Shown piece by piece: positions 59,809 through 64,000 of a stretch of DNA of 64,000 bases; within the stretch, counting starts at the first letter, position 1, and each line of letters starts with the position of its first letter. Position numbers and translations under genes: made by a program. Where the stretch lies: positions 31,891-95,890 of the forward strand of contig CAVYYZ010000015.1 in the NCBI GenBank assembly GCA_963772835.1, given 5' to 3'. The notes beneath the pieces are model-generated. The model made no database searches and had not been told where the DNA came from. It was given only the letters and a program-made list of their open reading frames with translations. This DNA comes from an uncultured delta proteobacterium (GTDB lineage: Bacteria; Desulfobacterota; Desulfuromonadia; Geobacterales; Pseudopelobacteraceae).

Positions 59809-60651
59809 TTAATCCTTCGCCACTAACGTTATTTCAATACGACGATTTTTGGCCCGGCCTTCTTTAGTGCTGTTATCAGCAACTGGTTTAAATTCTGCGA
59901 AGGCGGCAGCCGAAAGATTGAGCGGGTCAATCCCCTGCTGTTGTAGAAATTTGGTGACATTGATTGAGCGTGCTGCGGACAATTCCCAGTTTGTTGGAAA
60001 GGTACGGGCCAACGCGCCCGTAATCTGAACCACATCCGTATGCCCCTCAATCCGGATAGCCTTGTCATTGACGTTTTTCAGTGTTTCTACCAATTTGCCG
60101 AGAATATCCAGCCCTTCCGGCTTGACATCGGCCCGACCGGAATCAAACAGTATAGCTGCCTCCATATTCACCGTCAGCTTGCCTTTCAACTCAGATATAG
60201 TCACCTGCCCCTGGGCAATTTCATTCTTCATGTTGGCAAGAAGTTTTTCGTAGGTTCCGCTGACTTCCTTAACTTTTTCCTCTTTGGCTTTCTGGAGTTC
60301 GGAAATATCATCGCTCAATTTGCTGTTTTCCACCCTCATGTCTGCCACCTGTTGTCGCATTTCGCTGATGTTTTTCGACAATATGTCCGACTTTGACCTG
60401 AGAATACCCTCCAGCTGTTTCTTATCGTCTGTAAGGACGTCCGCATCCTCTCTGAGCCTTTTGAATTTGGTTTTGAGCTCGGTATTTTCCAGGACAAGTT
60501 TTTTGTGCGTCTGCTGCAGTTCGGCCAGCTCCTTAGACAGCACATCGGCTTCTTCAACTTTTTTCAAATACGTACTTTCCGCAACCAGGCAACCGCCGGC
60601 AGACAACAAAAACATGCCACCCAGTACAATTACAAGCATACGTTTAATCAT
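59809..60651 (-). CDS. OmpA/MotB-family lipoprotein with coiled coil
   Basis: AGGC lipobox; LFDSG, IEGHTD, NWELSAARS, NRRIEI. Confidence 0.88.
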   Translation of the reverse strand: MIKRMLVIVLGGMFLLSAGGCLVAESTYLKKVEEADVLSKELAELQQTHKKLVLENTELKTKFKRLREDADVLTDDKKQLEGILRSKSDILSKNISEMRQQVADMRVENSKLSDDISELQKAKEEKVKEVSGTYEKLLANMKNEIAQGQVTISELKGKLTVNMEAAILFDSGRADVKPEGLDILGKLVETLKNVNDKAIRIEGHTDVVQITGALARTFPTNWELSAARSINVTKFLQQQGIDPLNLSAAAFAEFKPVADNSTKEGRAKNRRIEITLVAKD

Positions 60652-60963
60652 GATCCTACCTCCTGCAAAGATATTCTAGCTTTCCCTTGTATCATATTAT
60701 CCACATTTTTGATACTGCCTAAGCATATATATTATTAGATACATGCATGAGCGATGCTATGGCAGCAATCGCGATTCATTGTAATCTACTTGATAACGCA
60801 CATTTGTTATCAGCAACATACTGCAGAAAAGGATTACTCACGTACTGTTATGCTTATTCATGCAGTTTCGATGCTACAAAACCGCCGCCCGCTTGACATG
60901 ACGGTGCTTTAAGCTTACAAGAAATGCACGATTCAGTTGAAATAATGAAGAGATGGAGAGTGC

Positions 60964-61743
60964 ATGGCAGTCAGAGTATCATTTGTGGGCGCCGGTCCGG
61001 GAGCGACCGACCTGATCACTATCCGGGGCGCGCGCCTGCTGCGTCACGCCGATGTCGTCATATTTGCCGGCAGTCTGGTTGATCGGAAACTGGTGCAACT
61101 GTATGCAACCAAAGCGGATGTCTTTGATTCCGCCGGAATGACGCTCACTGAGGTCATATCCGTCATGACGGATGCCGTTACCGTCGGGCGAAACGTAGTC
61201 CGGCTGCACACCGGCGACCCTTCCATCTACGGAGCCATTCAGGAGCAGATGGAAGCACTCGATCGATTGGATATCGATTATCAGGTCGTACCGGGCGTCA
61301 CCAGTGCCTTTGCTGCGGCAGCCGCTCTCAAGCAGGAGCTGACCCTGCCGGAACTTTCCCAAACGGTCATAATCACCCGTATCGAAGGGCGTACACCGGT
61401 GCCTGAGCGTGAGCAGCTGAGTGCGATCGCCGGACTCGGCGCCACCATGGTAATCTATCTTTCAGTCGGCATGATCGAAAAGGTTGTTGATCAGTTACTT
61501 CAAGGTGCTTATACAGGGACGACTCCTGCGGCGGTCGTCTGCCGGGCCTCCTGGGATGATGAGCAGATTATTCAATGCACCCTGGCCGATCTGGCCGAAC
61601 GGGTGCACGAAGCAGGCATTGACCGCCAGGCGATGATCATTGTCGGCGATGTTCTCGCTGCGCGCCGTGAAGGGATCAAGGCCAAGTCCTTATTGTACGA
61701 CGGAGAATTTACCCATGGCTTTCGCGAAGGACATGTTGCCTGA
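60964..61743 (+). CDS. cbiF: Precorrin-4 C11-methyltransferase (CbiF/CobM)
   Basis: FVGAGPG..DLITIRG, AGSLV, RLHTGDPSIYGAIQEQ, ELTLPELSQTVI. Confidence 0.93.
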   Translation: MAVRVSFVGAGPGATDLITIRGARLLRHADVVIFAGSLVDRKLVQLYATKADVFDSAGMTLTEVISVMTDAVTVGRNVVRLHTGDPSIYGAIQEQMEALDRLDIDYQVVPGVTSAFAAAAALKQELTLPELSQTVIITRIEGRTPVPEREQLSAIAGLGATMVIYLSVGMIEKVVDQLLQGAYTGTTPAAVVCRASWDDEQIIQCTLADLAERVHEAGIDRQAMIIVGDVLAARREGIKAKSLLYDGEFTHGFREGHVA

Positions 61744-62809
61744 CATGCGGATCGCGGTCATTGCCATAACCAGAAGGGGAACCCTGCTGGGGCAGAAGCT
61801 TTGCAGTACCATGGCAGATCGTCATTTTTACGTATCCAGCCGCTACGCCGGTCAGGCCGGGAGCCAATGTACCCGCTTTGAACCAACCGAACTGAAAAAC
61901 CTGATAGCTTCTCTCTGGAAAAAATATGACGGATTCGTACTGATCATGGCAACCGGCATCGTAATGCGCTTGGTCGGGCCTCTGCTGGAATCGAAAGAAA
62001 CTGATCCGGCAGTTGTGGTTATGGATGAAGCCGGCCGATTCGCAATATCACTCTTATCCGGGCATCTCGGAGGGGCCAACGAACTGGCGGAACGCTGCGC
62101 CTTCGTCTCCGGAGCACGAGCGGTCATAACCACTGCTACCGACTCCAACGACCTCCCCTCCTTCGACATGTTGGCCAAGGAACATGGGTGGCTCATCGAT
62201 GATATCAGCCGGGTCAAACAACTCAACACCCTGCTGCTCGATAACGAAGAGATTGCAGTCGTAGACCCGACCGGGCAGACCCGAAGCTGGCTGCATGGCC
62301 GGGGCAGAATCACCTTTTATGAAACATTTGCCGAAGCTGCCTGCAGTTCTGCACGAGGTTATGTGTTCGTCACCAACCGGCGCCTCCCCCCGCAAACCTC
62401 TCCTGAACAATTACTGATCCTGCGCCCCCGCAATCTGGTGCTCGGCATCGGCTGCAATCGAGGCACACCGGCTGATGAAATCGATGAATTCGTTGCGCTG
62501 CACCTCAGGCGGCTGTTCCTTTCCCGGAAAAGCGTCAGTGTCATCGCCTCAGTAGCGGCCAAGCGCAGTGAACCCGGCCTGGTTGAGTTTGCTGAGCGTT
62601 TGGGAATTACACTGCGCTGTTATGAATGCGATGAATTGAATCGTATACCCTTTCCCTCTCCCCCTTCGAAATATGCCCTGGCAGCGGTCGGTGTCTCCGG
62701 TGTTGCTGAGCCGGCAGCGATTCTTGCCTCCGGTGGCGGGAGACTGCTGCTGAAAAAAGTCAAGTCGGCGAATGTCACCCTGGCTGTGGCGGAACTCAAG
62801 GAAGGATAG
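61733..62809 (+). CDS. cbiG: Cobalt-precorrin-5A hydrolase
   Basis: MATGIVMR, DPAVVVMDE, LLSGHLGGAN, VITTATD, LGIGCNRG, GVAEPAA. Confidence 0.92.
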   Translation: MLPDMRIAVIAITRRGTLLGQKLCSTMADRHFYVSSRYAGQAGSQCTRFEPTELKNLIASLWKKYDGFVLIMATGIVMRLVGPLLESKETDPAVVVMDEAGRFAISLLSGHLGGANELAERCAFVSGARAVITTATDSNDLPSFDMLAKEHGWLIDDISRVKQLNTLLLDNEEIAVVDPTGQTRSWLHGRGRITFYETFAEAACSSARGYVFVTNRRLPPQTSPEQLLILRPRNLVLGIGCNRGTPADEIDEFVALHLRRLFLSRKSVSVIASVAAKRSEPGLVEFAERLGITLRCYECDELNRIPFPSPPSKYALAAVGVSGVAEPAAILASGGGRLLLKKVKSANVTLAVAELKEG

Positions 62810-62815
62810 TTACCT

Positions 62816-63811
62816 ATGCCGAATCGACCGATTATAGCCATCACCATGGGTGACCCCTCCGGAATCGGCCCGGAAATCATCATAAAGGCACTGCAGTCAC
62901 CGGAAGTCGCAAAAATCTGTGTACCTCTCGTGATAGGCGACAGATTGGCGCTGGAGCGGGCACTTTCCGTCTGCGGTACTTCTCTAAAGATCCGGGAGGT
63001 GGATGCGGCTGAAAATGCCCGAATATCCACGGAGGGCACGATTCCACTGCAGATACTTTCAAATCTGACAGAGGCTGATGTACGGTACGGCGCTCCCTCT
63101 GAGGCTGCAGGTGATGCGGTCTACCGTTACATCTGTCACGCTGCCCGGCTTTGTCTTGACGGCCGGGTTTCTGCCATGGCAACCGCCCCGATCAGCAAGG
63201 AAGCGATGCACCGGGCCGGCCACGACTATCCCGGTCATACCGAACTGCTCGCCGAATTGTGCGGGACGGATAACTTCGTCATGATGCTTGCCGGAGATAT
63301 CCTGCGGGTCAGTCTGGTGACAATCCATGAGGCGCTGCATGATGTCCCGCGCCTGGTTACCTTTGATCAGGTTCTTAAGACAATTCGCATTACTGCAGAA
63401 GGAGTCGCACGATTGACCGGAAAGAGATCGCCGAAGCTGGCAGTCCTGGCTCTCAATCCCCATTGCGGCGAAGCGGGTAAATTCGGCTCTCACGAAACGA
63501 AGATCATCGGACCGGCGATAAAAGCCGCCCGACTTGAGGGTATCGAAGCCGAGGGGCCGCTGTCGGCCGATACCCTGTTCCATTTCGCCCAAACGGGCGG
63601 CTATGACGGCGTAGTGGCCATGTATCACGATCAGGGGCTGATCCCTCTTAAGCTGCTGCACTTCGATGATGCGGTAAATATAACCCTGGGGCTACCGATT
63701 ATCCGGACCTCAGTTGACCATGGCACTGCGTACAGCCTTGCCGGAAGCGGTACTGCCTCTGAAAAGAGCCTCCTGGCAGCAATCAGAATGGCTGTAAATT
63801 TGGCACAATAG
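62816..63811 (+). CDS. pdxA: 4-hydroxythreonine-4-phosphate dehydrogenase
   Basis: MGDPSGIGPE, TAPISK, GHTE, LNPH, MYHDQGLIPLK, RTSVDHGTA. Confidence 0.95.
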   Translation: MPNRPIIAITMGDPSGIGPEIIIKALQSPEVAKICVPLVIGDRLALERALSVCGTSLKIREVDAAENARISTEGTIPLQILSNLTEADVRYGAPSEAAGDAVYRYICHAARLCLDGRVSAMATAPISKEAMHRAGHDYPGHTELLAELCGTDNFVMMLAGDILRVSLVTIHEALHDVPRLVTFDQVLKTIRITAEGVARLTGKRSPKLAVLALNPHCGEAGKFGSHETKIIGPAIKAARLEGIEAEGPLSADTLFHFAQTGGYDGVVAMYHDQGLIPLKLLHFDDAVNITLGLPIIRTSVDHGTAYSLAGSGTASEKSLLAAIRMAVNLAQ

Positions 63812-63875
63812 CCAGGCATTTGTTGTGAATGTGTCATACGGGCCAATGACGCGTCTCTGGGAAGGTGGGGGATTA

Positions 63876-64000
63876 ATGCCATCAAAATTACGTGATAGTG
63901 CACATCGTGTTCAAGAATTCCTCTTAGAAAATGGCTTCTCATATGAGGTTAAGGAATTACCCGGTTCAACCAGAACTGCGCAGGAGGCAGCTGACAGCAT
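63876..64000 (+). CDS. YbaK/EbsC-family aminoacyl-tRNA deacylase (3'-partial)
   Basis: Manual translation MPSKLRDSAHRVQEFLLENGFSYEVKELPGSTRTAQEAADS..., STRTAxEAA motif. Confidence 0.75.
   Translation, partial: MPSKLRDSAHRVQEFLLENGFSYEVKELPGSTRTAQEAADS

Noticed and set aside
60700..60963. Cobalamin riboswitch upstream of cbiF
   Set aside because: No B12-box or GGGAA...GCCACTG consensus visible

Overview
Bacterial chromosomal window. Gene content, gene order (sirC-ccsB-hemA-hemC-cobA/hemD, acetate CoA-transferase, dksA) and a Geobacter-type GEMM riboswitch point to a Geobacteraceae/Desulfuromonadia genome; this is an inference. Most of the window is housekeeping: rluD, degQ, elbB, leuB, asd, rplU-rpmA, ndk, heme biosynthesis, trxA, truA, hslO, comM, pgeF, xerC, cbiF-cbiG-pdxA, tRNA-Ala(CGC) and tRNA-Leu(CAG). 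A decaying ~12 kb defence-type island follows tRNA-Ala (~20240-32550). It carries a PLD-nuclease remnant, a DUF4145/HEPN-like gene, an RHH-RAMA gene, a type I R-M system (hsdM, hsdS, an embedded Schlafen/AlbA-HATPase gene, and a frameshifted hsdR with a triple Cys-rich repeat), an intact two-gene module (65-aa protein plus a papain/C39-like Cys-His-Asp protein), a nonsense-interrupted radC and a truncated gene; no integrase is seen. Other notable items are an 8-Cys mini-lipoprotein paired with its own DsbA, an acuC deacetylase coupled to a cryptic GNAT-like protein and a TPR protein, an A20-type (cyclic AMP-GMP class) GEMM-I riboswitch controlling an uncharacterised membrane protein, and two micro-proteins missed by the ORF track. 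All family assignments are by motif recognition by eye; no database searches were run.
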